A stretch of DNA of 64,000 nucleotides from Chrysomallon squamiferum. Taxonomy: Eukaryota; Animalia; Mollusca. Within the stretch, counting starts at the first letter, position 1, and every line of letters starts with the position of its first letter. The stretch covers positions 16,058,001 to 16,122,000 of the forward strand of contig CM022677.1 of NCBI GenBank assembly GCA_012295275.1. Direction: 5' to 3'. The notes beneath the pieces are model-generated. The model saw only the letters and a list, made by a program, of their open reading frames with translations. It did no database searches and was not told the DNA's origin. Shown here piece by piece: positions 1-14,812 of the stretch. Both the position numbers and the translations under genes were made by a program.

Positions 1-135
1 TCATTTTCTGTCTTTGTCTCCATATGATGGTACAACTACGATTACCAAAGGATCATTAATATTGTCATTTATTACTTCGCTTGCTAGTTTTTATTGCTTG
101 TCTATAACCATACGAAGATATTCTGAACATGAACA

Positions 136-220
136 TGGCCTAGTCTTGCAGACGAACCAGTGTAAAGGTTAATTCAGGCAATCATCAGGTCACTGGGTTC
201 AAATCCCGGCAGCGAACCTA
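136..220 (+). mobile_element. Possible degenerate tRNA-derived SINE head (Pol III A/B box-like)
   Basis: B-box match GGTTCAAATCC at 196-206 in the context AGGTCACTGGGTTCAAATCCCGGC, with a partial A-box TGGCCTAGT at 136-144. No complete cloverleaf visible. Confidence 0.4.
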
Positions 221-349
221 ATTTGGTGTCAGTAGAAATCAGGGGTGAAATGCTGCAAACTGTAGGTAGTACTTTATCATTAGTTTTACAAACAGTGCGT
301 GTGAAAAGAATAATATGACGTGTATATGGATGACGCTGGTGTGATTAAA

Positions 350-1370
350 GCAACTACTACTACAACAACTGCACCAAGAACACCAGTAACAATATTAGAG
401 CTAGTGGTAGCAGCGGTAGTGTTAATATTAGTATTAGAAGAATATTTAGTGGTAGTAGTAACAGTAGTGTTGGTATTAACATTAGTAGTAATAGTAGTGG
501 TATAATAGTAAATGAAGTATTAATATTGATAGTAATAGTAATAGTAGTGCTAGTAATAGTGATTGAACTATTAGTATTAATAGTAATAATAACAGTAGTG
601 GTAGTTGTAGTAACTGAAGTATTAGTGTTAATCATAATAGTAATGGTAGAGATAGTAGTAATATTTGAAGTATTAGTATTGACAGTAATAGTAGTAGTAG
701 TGGTAGTAGTAATGGTAAAAGTAGAAAAATAGTAGAAAAATGATATCAACTGTTTTGATAGTAATTGAGGTCGTAGTAGCAGCAATAGTAGTAACAGTAG
801 TAGTGGTAATAGTAATAGTAGTAGAACTAGGAGTGCCAGCAACATCAGTAATTATGTTAATTGTCGTTATGTCGTTATGTTAGTAACTTACTTACTATTA
901 TTATTACTACTAGTGACTGTAGTAATAACAGTAGCAGCAATAGTAGTAGTAACTGTAGTAGTGGTGGTGATAGTGATAGCAGTAACTGTAGTAGTAATGA
1001 CAGTAGCAGTAATACTATTAGTAATAGTAACAGTAGTAGTTCTAATAATAGTAACAGTAATGATAGTAACAGTAATGATAGCAACAGTAAAATAATAGTA
1101 GCAATAGTACTAGAACTATTAGTAGTAGTTGCAATATTAGTAGTTGTAGTAATAATAGTTGCAACAGTATCAATAGAAGTAGCAGTAATAGAAGTAATAG
1201 TAATAGTAATAGCAAATAATAGCAGCAGCAATATTACTAGAAATATTAGTAGTAGTAGTAGTAGTAATAGTAGTTGTAATATTAGTAGTAGTAATAATAG
1301 TAGCAACAGTAGTACTAGATGAGGTAATAACCGAAGTAATAGTAATAGTAATAGCAAATAATAAAAACAA
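350..1370. repeat. Degenerate (TAG/TAA/CAG)n trinucleotide low-complexity tract
   Basis: About 1 kb of AGT/AAT/AGC triplets; the source of the poly-V/L/S/T ORFs. Confidence 0.9.
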
Positions 1371-1873
1371 ACAATTTCAAAGTTTCTACTAATTAAACAA
1401 ACGTATTTCTTAGGAGTTTCGTCTTAGATCTATAACTCTCTATTAATAAAAAAAGAAAAAAAAAAACCAGGAAAGTTTATAAGAAATTCGCAGACAGTCC
1501 TGTGATTCCAGATTGTGCTACGATTAGTCTGCACTTGACAGAAAAGGTTTAAAAATAATTAATGTTTTTTTTTTTTTTTTTTTTTTGTTATTGGCAGGTT
1601 GCACAAATTTGATGATATAATTTTTCTTTTTCTTTTTTTCTTTACGGACAGTAATGTCAGTATGGTAGAATGAGAAAAAAAAAAAGAAAGAAGAAGAAAA
1701 AGTTATGAAAGAAATCAAATATGAATTTTTTTTTTATCAGAGATCTCACTATTCAGAAGACATAATGAAAATCCGTTCATTTTATTATATGTTTGTGTAG
1801 GTGCGTCTGTGTACTGGTGTGTATGTGTATGAAAATATGTGTGTCTATATGTATATTTATTTATACACACACA

Positions 1874-1906
<33 letters not shown>

Positions 1907-2091
1907 CACATATATGTAATGTATATAATGTGTGTGTGTGGGCATGTTTGTGTATGTGAAAATAGTAGTATGTCAATACACACACAGACACACACAGACA
2001 CGCAACATACACAAACACACATACGTATCTAAGCATTTCTGTATCTGTCTGTCTATCTATCTATATATATATACATACATACATACATATA

Positions 2092-2219
<128 letters not shown>

Positions 2220-2645
2220 TATATAAGCACTCGCACATACACGCAAACGCTAACACGCACCCACACACACATACCAATACATATAAAAATTAAATTTCAT
2301 CTTGAACTTTATACTGAAAATCGCACATCTCAACGTTATCCATTGGCTGTTCGCTTTTGCAGCTTACCAGAGTAAAAGTGTACAGTCAGAAATTGTAAAA
2401 AGAAATTTAATCTCGGAAGATATCAGATAACTTAAGCAAAATTCAGACAGTTTCTACATTGTTAATAAGCCATAATTCATCGAACTCCAGAGTCATTAAA
2501 CTTGGCTTTCAGTCAGAAGCTGCTAAAGGTGCTGTCACACTAGACAATTTCTGATGCAACGTGCAGAGATGCATGTGGATAAACTGACTAATAGACTAAA
2601 GAGATGACTTGTTAGGTGTGTGTGTGTGTGTCTATATATATATGT

Positions 2646-2680
<35 letters not shown>

Positions 2681-3139
2681 TAGATACAGATATAGATATA
2701 AATAGATACAGATAGATAAATAGAAAAATAGCTAGATAACTTGACAGTGAAAAGACAGATATATCGTCATAGACTGATAGATATATAGATTAGGTAGATA
2801 GAAATATAGGTTGATAGACTGAGAGAAAGATACACAGATGATAGATGGATTGAAGGATGGACTGATAAATAGGTAACAAGACAGACAGATAGAAAGACAT
2901 ATAGATAGATGGTTAGACAGACAGACACTGGAAAGGATGGATAGAGTGATAGATATATAGATGAGATAGATAGAAAGATAGATGTAGTTTACAGATTACA
3001 CACACAGATAAAGGATAGATGGACAGACAGAAAGAGAGAGGCAAACAAAGAATAAAGAATAAATAGACAGACAGAAAGATAAAATAGAAACAGAAATATT
3101 TTAATAAAAAGATTGATTAAGATAAAATAGAAACATTAA

Positions 3140-3182
<43 letters not shown>

Positions 3183-4062
3183 TGTATTGAACTATTTTAT
3201 ATCAGAAATATATCATTAGCCGTAATAATGGTAAAAAGTACTTTTTATATTACTCCTGTGTTGTTTTTGTTGTTTTTTTCTTCTTCTTTTTGTTTCTTCT
3301 TTTTATTTTTTTTTTTTTTTTTTTTTTTTCTGTAGCCGTAAGGTACGTCTGAATAAAACTAATTTAAAAAAATGAAGTAAATATAGTAATTTAGGAAAAT
3401 ATCTGATGTTACCATAGTAAAGCTATTAACAATTAATATAACTAGAAAAATACGAAAAATAAAGAAAAATAAAAAATACAAAAATAATGAGAACAAAAGA
3501 AACAAAAATAGATTTGAACTTTTATTAAGTCGATGAGTAATTATATTAAAAAAGTACGAATAGAAATAAAAGAGAAATAAAAGTTCGTGGAAAAAGAAAG
3601 AAAAGACAAACAACTAAAATAACAACAAAAAAAGAAAAAAAGAAAAATGAAAAATAATAAGCATTAGATTCTAGTCTCATATCTTATTCTATAACAGCAG
3701 AGGTGAATAACACAGAACATCGTCTGAAATTAAAACTTTCGAGCTGTGGCTGGAACGGAACATACTGCAAAGTCTCCACTGAAGAGTATCGATCCACATA
3801 CTACAATTATCATCATTATTATAAACACTTTTTAATAAACATGAAAGTTCATATTTACTTTCTTTCATCAATCCTTCGAGTTGTAGCTGGAACGGGATAT
3901 GCCAGAAAAAAAACGTACTGAAGAGAATTGATCATAACGTCCATCGAGTCAGTGCTTTATACAGAGAATTGTGTGTTGGGAAAATTAAATATTTAAAAAC
4001 AAATTCTTCACGGAATAATGTGAGTCATTTTTACTGTTGTAGTCTTGAATGTACATTGTCGT

Positions 4063-4640
4063 TGCTGAATATACGTTTTCTACTGAATATCACGTTTTCT
4101 ACTGAATATCACGTTTGCTACTGAATTTCACGTTTTCAGATGAATGTCACGCTTTTTACTGAATATCACGTTTTCTTCTGAATATCACGCTTTCTGCTGA
4201 ATATCACGTTTTCTTCTGAATATCACGTTTTCTTCTGAATATCACGTTTTTTATTGAATATCTATCTTTTTATTGATTATCACGTTTTCTCCTGGATATC
4301 ACCCTTTCTTCTGAATATCACGTTTTCTTCTGAATATCACGCTTTCTGCTGAATATCACGATTTTTACTGAAAATCACGTGTTCTGCTCAATATCACGAT
4401 TTCTTCTGAATATCACGCTTTCTGCTGAATATCACGATTTCTGCTGAAAATCACGTGTTCTGCTCAATATCACGATTTCTTCTGAATATCACGCTTTTTG
4501 CTCAATATCACGATTTCTTCTGAATATCACGCTTTCTACTCAACCTCACGCTTTCGGCTTTCTACTCAATAAAACGATTCAGCTGATTATCACGATCTGT
4601 ACTCAGTAACACCATTTCTTCTAGATATTAGGATTTCTTC
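4063..4640. repeat. 19-bp minisatellite, consensus ~CTGAATATCACGTTTTCTT, roughly 30 units
   Basis: Period 19 read directly (units start at 4081 and 4100). Includes a 76-bp four-unit block at 4331-4406 duplicated at 4407-4482; decays at the 3' end. Confidence 0.95.
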
Positions 4641-4902
4641 TAACGTTTATTCGTTCACGCTTCATTTCATCTCAATCTCTTAAATTTTTTTTTTTTTTTC
4701 GTTCTGCCTTACTGACATTCCTTTCCATTAACAAAAAAATATGTCATCAGATTTCTGCAGTTAGCCAATAAAAAGAAACATTAATTATTTTTAAAATCTT
4801 TCCTGACGTGTCCAGGATAAAAATAAAACATTCTCGCATCGTTTATCTGTCTACGAATTTTTTTCTACACAAAACTCGTTTTCCTAGAAAGCTTTGATCT
4901 TG

Positions 4903-4934
<32 letters not shown>

Positions 4935-5052
4935 AAGTAACAGTAATAAAATAAAAAATAAAAAATAAAAAAATCCATAATTATAATGAATGATGATAAA
5001 TAAATGATGAAATAATAAATAAAATAAATAAATAAATAAATAAGCAAATAAG

Positions 5053-5195
<143 letters not shown>

Positions 5196-5617
5196 AAACA
5201 AACAAATTAAAAACGACGTAGAAACCTGCTTGTATAATTCTCAAAAAAAAATATAATGTTTCAATAACTCAAATTCGCCACATTTTTTTTTTTCTTCGAC
5301 AATTTTCCACACCAGTTCTTCGCATTTTCGATTATAATACGCTCCAGTTTCAATTCAAGTTTGTAATAGTTTCGTACTTAAAAGAAATTTGATAATAAAT
5401 ATAAAAATAATGTCTGGTTTTGATATCTTGTTAGCCTTTTATTCCTGGGCAAACTTGGAGGTTTTTAATAACAAAAAAAGCTTCGTAAATTTAGTGAATA
5501 TTTCTAAAACAGATATATTTTATTAGTTATTTACTTAATTCTGATAATACTTCTAATCTTGTTTATTCGCGGTGGTCTCTTAATTTATTTAGTAAATTGT
5601 GTTTAATTTAACACACA

Positions 5618-5659
<42 letters not shown>

Positions 5660-5803
5660 GACACACACACACACATACACACAGACAAATGAATTAAAAT
5701 AGTATATATTTAGTGCATAAGAAGATTTTATATATCTATAAATTTACCACTGTGAAACAGTATTTACAACAACAGAAACAACAACAACAACAACAATGCC
5801 ACC

Positions 5804-5841
<38 letters not shown>

Positions 5842-6463
5842 TAATAATAATAATATTATAATAATAATAATAACAACAAAAATGACAACAATAATGATTA
5901 TAACAAGGAAGAAGAAAAAAACATAAAGACCATATCATCTTAACAAACAAACAAACAAACAAACAAATAAATAAACAAACAAATACATAAATAAAGAAAT
6001 AAAGAAACAAAGAAACAAATAAATTAATAAATAAATAAACTACACAAAATAAGAAATAAATGAATGAATGAATGAATGAATAAGTAAATTAATAAGTAAA
6101 TAAATAAATAAATTTAAAAAAAGAGTAAATACAGAGCAAAAAAAAAAAAAAAAAAATATCACTAATGAAAAAAACGTAAACGAAAAAAAAAAAAAAAAAA
6201 AATCAAGCAATAGTTTTATTTATTTTCTGTTGTTCGTTAGAGGAAATTCTCCAGGCTAAACCGGGTTTGATGGATTGTCACTTTAACCTTTACCTCGAGA
6301 CAGCTATGTTTATTTTTTGAAACAAAATATTTCTCTGACTGAACGGACCGGAAAGAGTTTAAAAAAATGTCTGATGAGGTAATTTTTCTCAAACGAACTT
6401 TTCGCTTTAGATTGAAAGGTACATGCGGCATGTGTATAGGTAGTAACTGATAACTGACTTAAC

Positions 6464-6693
6464 ATATCAGCGAAGGTGAGAATGCTGATCATCAGCGAGG
6501 CTCTTCCGAGCTGCAATCGCCATTCGACCTGAGCAGGATAAAGCTTATATCTTATGACAGTAATCAGTTATTTCGTTTACTTTTTCAATCCTAAACAATA
6601 AAAAAAAAAAAATTGAAATTAAATTAATTGTTTTTAATTTCTTATCTTAGCCCTCTCGATAGTCAAAGATTCAGGCGTATTGATTTTGTTGTC
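6464..6693 (+). repeat. Old dispersed repeat, copy A (homologous to 55107-55310)
   Basis: Collinear shared blocks with copy B: ATATCAGC, GAAGGT[G/C]AGAATG, a 40-nt block at 29/40 identity, and an exact GTATTGATTTTGTTGTC. Confidence 0.7.
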
Positions 6694-6865
6694 TCCTACG
6701 CATCAAAAGAAAATAGTTCTTTACAAATACATTTATTTATTATTTTTATAAATGAAAATCGTTCTCAAAATGGAACTGTAATAAGATATAAAGAATGAAA
6801 TTTTAATAGTGTATTCATATATCTTTAAAAATTTTCTCTTTATGAGAGAAACACACACAAAGAGT

Positions 6866-7963
<1,098 letters not shown>

Positions 7964-9596
7964 TCAATTAACATGAATATACTTTATATCTACGTATGTC
8001 TGGAAATGTCTATGTTTAAATTTTTAATGCTTTCTATTATGTGTTTCTGTATCCATCAATTTTTTTCATTTGTTAATTAGTTGTCATGTTTCTCAAGAAA
8101 TTGCTTACTTACATTTTGTAATGTGTTTTCTTAACTGTTTCCTTTGCCGAGCTCGAAGCTAAACAATTTAAATGTCTGTCGCCTTCTTTCTGTTGTAGAA
8201 TATGTATTAGTTTGTTATGAGATAGATACAGACGAAATATTCTGAATTCAGAAATAAAAATCTTCTTCTTCTTGATGTTGTTGCTGTTATTATTGTTATT
8301 GTTATCATTATTATTATTATTAATATTATCGTTAATAAATAATAATAATGATGATGATGATGATGACGATAATAATACTATTATTATTGTTAATAATGAT
8401 AACTTTATTATTATTAACGATTACTAACATGATAATAATTACTATTACGATAATTATTATTGTTATTTTTTTTAGTCTTGTTCGTACTGTTGTAGTTGTG
8501 GTGGTTTATTGTCATTGCTGTTGTTGTCGTTATTGTTATTAATGCTATTATTATTATTATCATCATCATCATCACTATTTCTGATGTTGTTATTATTGTA
8601 CTTATGATTACAATATTTACTATCGTTATTACTTTCAGCAGTCACATCATGTCATCATTTTCATAATCTTCGACAACAACGGCGATGATGATATTAATTA
8701 TTATCATAACGATAATGACGTCGGCCACATCAGGCCACACATACAACTACTACTACTAACCCTGATATTACTACACTATTACCAAATTTAAATAAATAAA
8801 GAAAGAAAGTTGTAAGTAGGTAAATAAATAAACAATAATGACGTCGGAGAGACCAGAACATATACTACTACTACTACAACAATTACTACTAATAGAACTG
8901 CTACTATACATTACTAAATTTAAATAAATAAATAAATAAAGATAGATAAATAGAGAGACAGACAGATACATACACAGATAGATGGACAGATAAATAAAAA
9001 ATAAATAAAAATTTAATAAGCAAATAAAATAAATAAAGAAAGAAAGAATAAAAGAAAGAAACCAGACAGAAAGAAAATAAAAAAATAAATAAAAAAATAA
9101 ATAAGTAAATAAATAAATAAATAAATAAATAAAATAAGAAAAGCTACGTAAATTACGAATCTACGTATGTAAAATCTACGTCTGTCGGAGAGTATGTGTA
9201 TTAGTATTCTCCTTGCATCGTTCACCTCTCACTTCGGCCAGTAATAATAGACTGTGATTTTCAGTACTGAACGTCTCCATCTGTACTTGAAGAAAATTAG
9301 TTTTGACTCTCATATATTTCACATTAATAACTCAACGTGTTTAGACTGTACAAGTGTGTTTTGAGTTGACGAGTCTTGCTTAGTTATATTTTGGGCCTGA
9401 AATAGACGAGCGTTGATTAGTTGTATTATACAGCCTAAATGAGGCTATTACCTTTTTAGAATTAATAATTTAGCGTGTGTTTACTATGCATAATATATTT
9501 ATTTTGTTCTTTATTATTATTATTTTTTTTTTTTTTTATCCACAATCATTTGTATCCTTTTTTATTCCTACGTAGATCATATTTATCATATTCTGG

Positions 9597-9634
<38 letters not shown>

Positions 9635-10097
9635 CATACATACATACATACATACATACATACATACATACATACATACATACACACATACATACATACA
9701 TACACACACAGACGTATATAATATTAAGCCTTTGTAACTCCCAAGTATATAAATTTCGCCTACGTAATTCATGATGGTCTTTAAGCAGTTGACTTAAAGA
9801 TGTTGGAGTAAGAACAATATAAAAAGAAAACAACGGCTTTTTCATTAATAATCTAGCTTGTTGAAAATTTCAAAATATTAAAGTTAGGTTTTAAAGATAT
9901 GTTTATACGGTTCATTAAACACTGGATAGTCAAATTGCAGAAACAAAAAACTTTGATAGATTCGTAAGTTTTTGTCGCTTAAACTTTAAGACTCTCTATA
10001 GTCTTGGCATTTTATCTTTTGAAACCGTTTCGTGTATATACGTGTATACCTGGATACAAATTAATAATAATAATAACAATAGTAACAACAACAACAC

Positions 10098-10161
<64 letters not shown>

Positions 10162-11704
10162 AAGAAGAAGAAGAAGAAGAAATAGAAACTGATCAATTTC
10201 GGCACATCTGTATATATAAAATTCGTCATCTTCATTAACACAGTGCAAAATCATATTCACCACACGAATACAAATTCATAAATTTCGCCACATCGGTACA
10301 GTAAGAAATTATCACCTACGCCACACCAGTACTATATAAATTCATCAGTAAATACTTTTTAAAACAAAAATTCGTAAACTTTACCACAGTCGATACTAAA
10401 TCACTTCATTAACCTTACTCATAAAGCACTATACAAACACGTGCATCACCGCAAACTAAAAACATCAAAACGTCTCTTTTTAATCTTCTCGCAATCCATC
10501 AGAACGGCTGATATCTGTGTTTAACCGAGGAGACTAGGAGCGAAAGCTTACATTAACTGATATTTAAATACACCGGTATCGCTTACTAACGCAGAGAAAC
10601 AGACGGTCCAGAAAGTGAATTAATATTTTGATACGATAAATCGCTGATAAATACCAGTCTGTCTAAACAGCAGCCCCCCTGTAAGGCTCGCGTGCAAACA
10701 GAAATATGACGTATGAGTGATAAATGATCTGTCTGTCTTGTCTGTCAGTTAGTGGGTTAGTGGGTAACCAAGGCAATGAAATCAGTATTAAACTCACATC
10801 ATCATCATCGTCATCATCATAATCATCATCATCATCATCGTCATCATCATCATCATCGTCGTCGACGTCATCATCATCATCATCGTCATCATCATAATCG
10901 TTTCTTATTTTTGATGTTCTGTTGCTTCAGTTACTTATTAGTACAGTATTAATCTTACTGCTGCTACTACTACTACTGTAATAACTTCTGTTACTACTAC
11001 TACTACGACGACACCGATCATTATTGCTAATACTTCAGTTATTGTCATCATTACTGCTTCTGCTGCTGCTGATGATGATGTTGATGATGATATTACTGTT
11101 ACAGCAATAATAACTAGTATTACCACTACTAATACTTCTACTACTATTACTACTACTACTGGTACTGCTACTACTGCTACTACTGGTACTGCTACTTACT
11201 GCTGCAACTACAACTTCTACCATCATAACTGCTAATGTTACTGCTACAACAACAACTTCTACTGTCACAACTAGTGCTACTACAACTGCTATTACTACTA
11301 CCACTACAGCAACAATAACAACTATAACTACTACTACAACTCGTAGTACTGTTATTATGCTGCAGCAACTAAAACAACACAACCACTACTATTAATATTA
11401 CTTTCGTTACGATGTTTCTCCATATCATAATCAATCGTATCCTGCATATACACTATTCTCTTTGACTGGGGAAAAGAAAATTTCATTTTTCTATGGATCT
11501 ATGTTATTACTATTTGCCTATTATTGACTGAACCGTATGAACGTAAGATTGCAATATACTGTACTGTGTCTTGAGGGTGAAATACATTTCTACGTACTCC
11601 TGGCGAAGAAAAAGGAAATAACCCAGATTTCGAGTCAGTCCGTTTGAGAAACTGTACAGAGAAACGTCTAGATAAATATTTTATTAGTTAATCTCATTCC
11701 GTTT

Positions 11705-11766
<62 letters not shown>

Positions 11767-11913
11767 AGAGAGAGAGACAGAGAGAGAGAGAGTGAGAGAG
11801 AGGGGGAAGAAAGAGAGAGGCAGAGAGAAAGGCAGAGAGAGAGAAAGAAAGAGAGAGAGAGTGAGAGAGAGAGAAAGAAAGAGAAAGTGAGAGAGAGAGA
11901 AAGAAAGAGAGAA

Positions 11914-12018
<105 letters not shown>

Positions 12019-13086
12019 GAGAGAAAATCTGGAAGAAAATAGACAAACACACAGACAGAGAATGTCATTCAGTTTTATTTATTTATTTTGATCTCTAGGA
12101 AGAAAAATGAAAAAACGTGGACAGACACAGACTTTTAGCCTAAAGAAAAACTAAACCGACATCTACATTGCAATCTTTTTCAGTTAATTATTCAGTCTAG
12201 ATGTCACGACGAAGAAATCTGATAAACAAAAAAAATTCAATATAAATACTGATTTACGAAATTTGGTCATAGGATTCAACGCAAAGGTTAGACTATTACT
12301 GTAATACGGCAGATCGATCGCGGAATTGGTCCTTCTTGTTACTCCCGTTTGGACTATTTCCCGTTCTAAACAGGGTCTCCATGTTGGTTGTCTCAAATAT
12401 GATGAAATTTATTCTCCTAGGCAGTCATGGCGTTTTTACAGTTTCGTTATATAAAGAAAGATCAAAGACCTAATAAATGTGAGTTTAATATTTGTGAATG
12501 TTGAGGTTAATCTCTGCACACACACACAAACATACAAACACACACATGCACACACACACACACAACGCACACACACACACATAACATTTTAATCATAGAT
12601 AACCTCATATACAGAAACGTAATCACACACACACATATAAAATGTAATCAGTGATAACCTCACTGAGTGTAATCAGCGGGTTTTCTTCTTTGTTCGTTAA
12701 ATCTTTGTCCGTTTCAAAATTCATTCGTTCGTTTTTTTTTTATTATTCATAATTTTATTCGTTAAATCTTTCGTCTGTTTCAGGATTCATTCGTTCGTTA
12801 TTTTTATTTATTCATTCGCTCATTCTTACTTCCGAACTTCTTCCGTTTCGTTAATTCATTCATTCGTTTTTTCCATCTATTCCTTCAATTTCTCGTTCGT
12901 TCGTTTGTCCCTTCTTCAGTTGTTGTCTTATTCTTCTATCATTCGTTCTTTCATCCATCCATCCATCAAACCATCCATCCATCCTTCCTTCCTTCTTGCT
13001 ATCCCATTTAACATTTCATTCGTTTTCGTTCATTCATCAGTTTCATTCCTTCAGTCATACATCCATCCGTTTATAGAATTTATTCC

Positions 13087-13530
13087 TTCAGAATGAATGT
13101 CTCATTCATTTCTTTCATTCTTCCACCCATCCATCCTTCCATCCATCCATCCATCCATCCATCTGTTTTCAGAAAAATTCATTCATTCAGAATGAATGTC
13201 TCATTCATTTTCTTTCATTCGTTCAGTTATTCGTCCATCCATCCATCCATCCTTGCATCCATCCATCCGTCCATCTGTTTTCAGAAGAATTCATTCATTC
13301 AGAATGAACGTCTCATTCATTTTTTTCATTCGTCCATCCATCCATCCTTTCATCCATCCACTCTTCCATCCATCCATCCATCTGTCCATCTGTTTTCAGA
13401 AGAATTCATTCATTCAGAATGAACATCTCATTCATTTTCTTTCATTCGTCCATCCACCCATCCTTCCATCCTTCCATCCATCCATCCATCCACTCTTCCA
13501 TCCATCCGTCCATCCATACATTCATCCATT
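13087..13530. repeat. Composite tandem repeat: conserved ~50-bp anchor plus variable (CATC)n, 4 units
   Basis: CAGAATGAA anchors at 13089, 13188, 13300 and 13415 (spacings 99, 112, 115). Confidence 0.85.
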
Positions 13531-13534
13531 CCAC

Positions 13535-13775
13535 TCAGACTGCACGGCCAGTCTCACTGGGACCTGCTACGTTATGTCGTCTGTCATCTTCTGCCTCGTC
13601 AAGCAGGTGGGGTTTTTTTTGCACACGAGCAGGTTTGTTTTTGCACACGGAGCTCTTAACGCGAAGCGACCGGCCTAATTCCACAGCCGTGGACCCGAGC
13701 CGCTGCTCGTAGCATTGATCCGCACAGTCGTAAACCTCCTCGGCTAACTCCGCCTTGTGTACGAAAATCAATGCT
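13535..13775. other. GC-rich exon-like island, strand and function unresolved
   Basis: Unique GC-rich sequence between repeats. On + there is an acceptor CAG at 13536-13538 and donors CAG|GTGGGG (13607) and CAG|GTTTGT (13633). On - there is an AG at 13775-13774 followed by a ~78-codon open frame ending at 13535. No protein family recognised. Confidence 0.3.
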
Positions 13776-13870
13776 GAGAATCGTAATCGTGGTAGTAGTA
13801 GTGGTAGTGGTGTTGGTGTTGGTGGTGGTTTGTTTGTTAGTGCACATAGTGTAGGTCTGTTCTGTTACAG

Positions 13871-14064
13871 AGTTCGTCGGTGTTAAGGTCAAAGTTCGTC
13901 TGTGTTAAGGTCAAGGTTCTTCGGTATTAAGGTCAAAGTTCGACGGTGTTAAGGTCATAGTTCGTCTGTATTCAGGTCAAGGTTAGTCTGTATTCAGGTC
14001 GCAGTTCGTCTGTATTCAGGTCTAAGTTTGTCTATATTCAGGTCATACATAGTTCGTCTGTATA
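13871..14064. repeat. 22-bp minisatellite, consensus AGTTCGTCTGTRTTMAGGTCAA, ~8.5 units
   Basis: Units start at 13871, 13893, 13915, 13937, 13959, 13981, 14003 and 14025, with a partial unit at 14051. Confidence 0.95.
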
Positions 14065-14406
14065 ATGTAGAAATTATTCTGTATAAAATGTATCTTTTAT
14101 TTGTACAAAATGTCTGTATTCTGTAAAAAATATATACTGTATGGAGTAAGTATGTGTTTTATACATTATAATGACTGTTTTTTTGTGTGCAAATTATGCT
14201 GTTTTCTAATCAAAGTATATCTGTATAATACGCACAATTCGTCGGTATTTTTGTTCTAAGTTCATCTGTACAAATATCGTATGGTACAAATATCTGTACA
14301 AATATCGTACTTTTGTGTGCAGTTTAAGCTGTTTTCTAATTAAAGTACGTCATACTGCTACTGTCCGAGAATCAAATAATCTCTCTCTATTTTTCTCTTT
14401 TTATTT

Positions 14407-14624
14407 AACAGCAACTCAACTGTCAATGATCATGCAAAAATTTGCACGCTGTATTTAATTAAAGATCTAGTTTTACACTTAGGCTATGATTAAAGGAATC
14501 ATTTGATAGCCCTAGGGGGTTAAAACAATGACTGGAAGTATTAGAAAAGAGTCGTTAGGGTGAGGCGATACAGACAACTGAATACAGTAATCAGACGTCG
14601 TAATATCTAAGAAATAAATATTTT
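14407..14624 (+). mobile_element. Young non-autonomous interspersed repeat, copy 1 (inverted relative to 28843-29060)
   Basis: 218 bp, 7 mismatches and no indels against the reverse complement of 28843-29060 (hand alignment). Both copies continue through shared GAAAATGTTTT and ATTTCTGTTTCC into a (CT)n tract. Confidence 0.85.
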
Positions 14625-14714
14625 GGTTTATGTATAACTCGTGTTTGCGTGAAAATGTTTTTCTTTCTAGTTTCTGTATTTCTGTTTCCTCTTCCTTTTC
14701 GGTCATCCTCTTGC

Positions 14715-14812
<98 letters not shown>

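Noticed and set aside
3738-3935. ORF 3703-3921 and nearby unique-looking sequence
   Set aside because: Explained by a diverged ~138-bp tandem duplication (TTCGAG.TGT.GCTGGAACGG twice); no recognisable protein.
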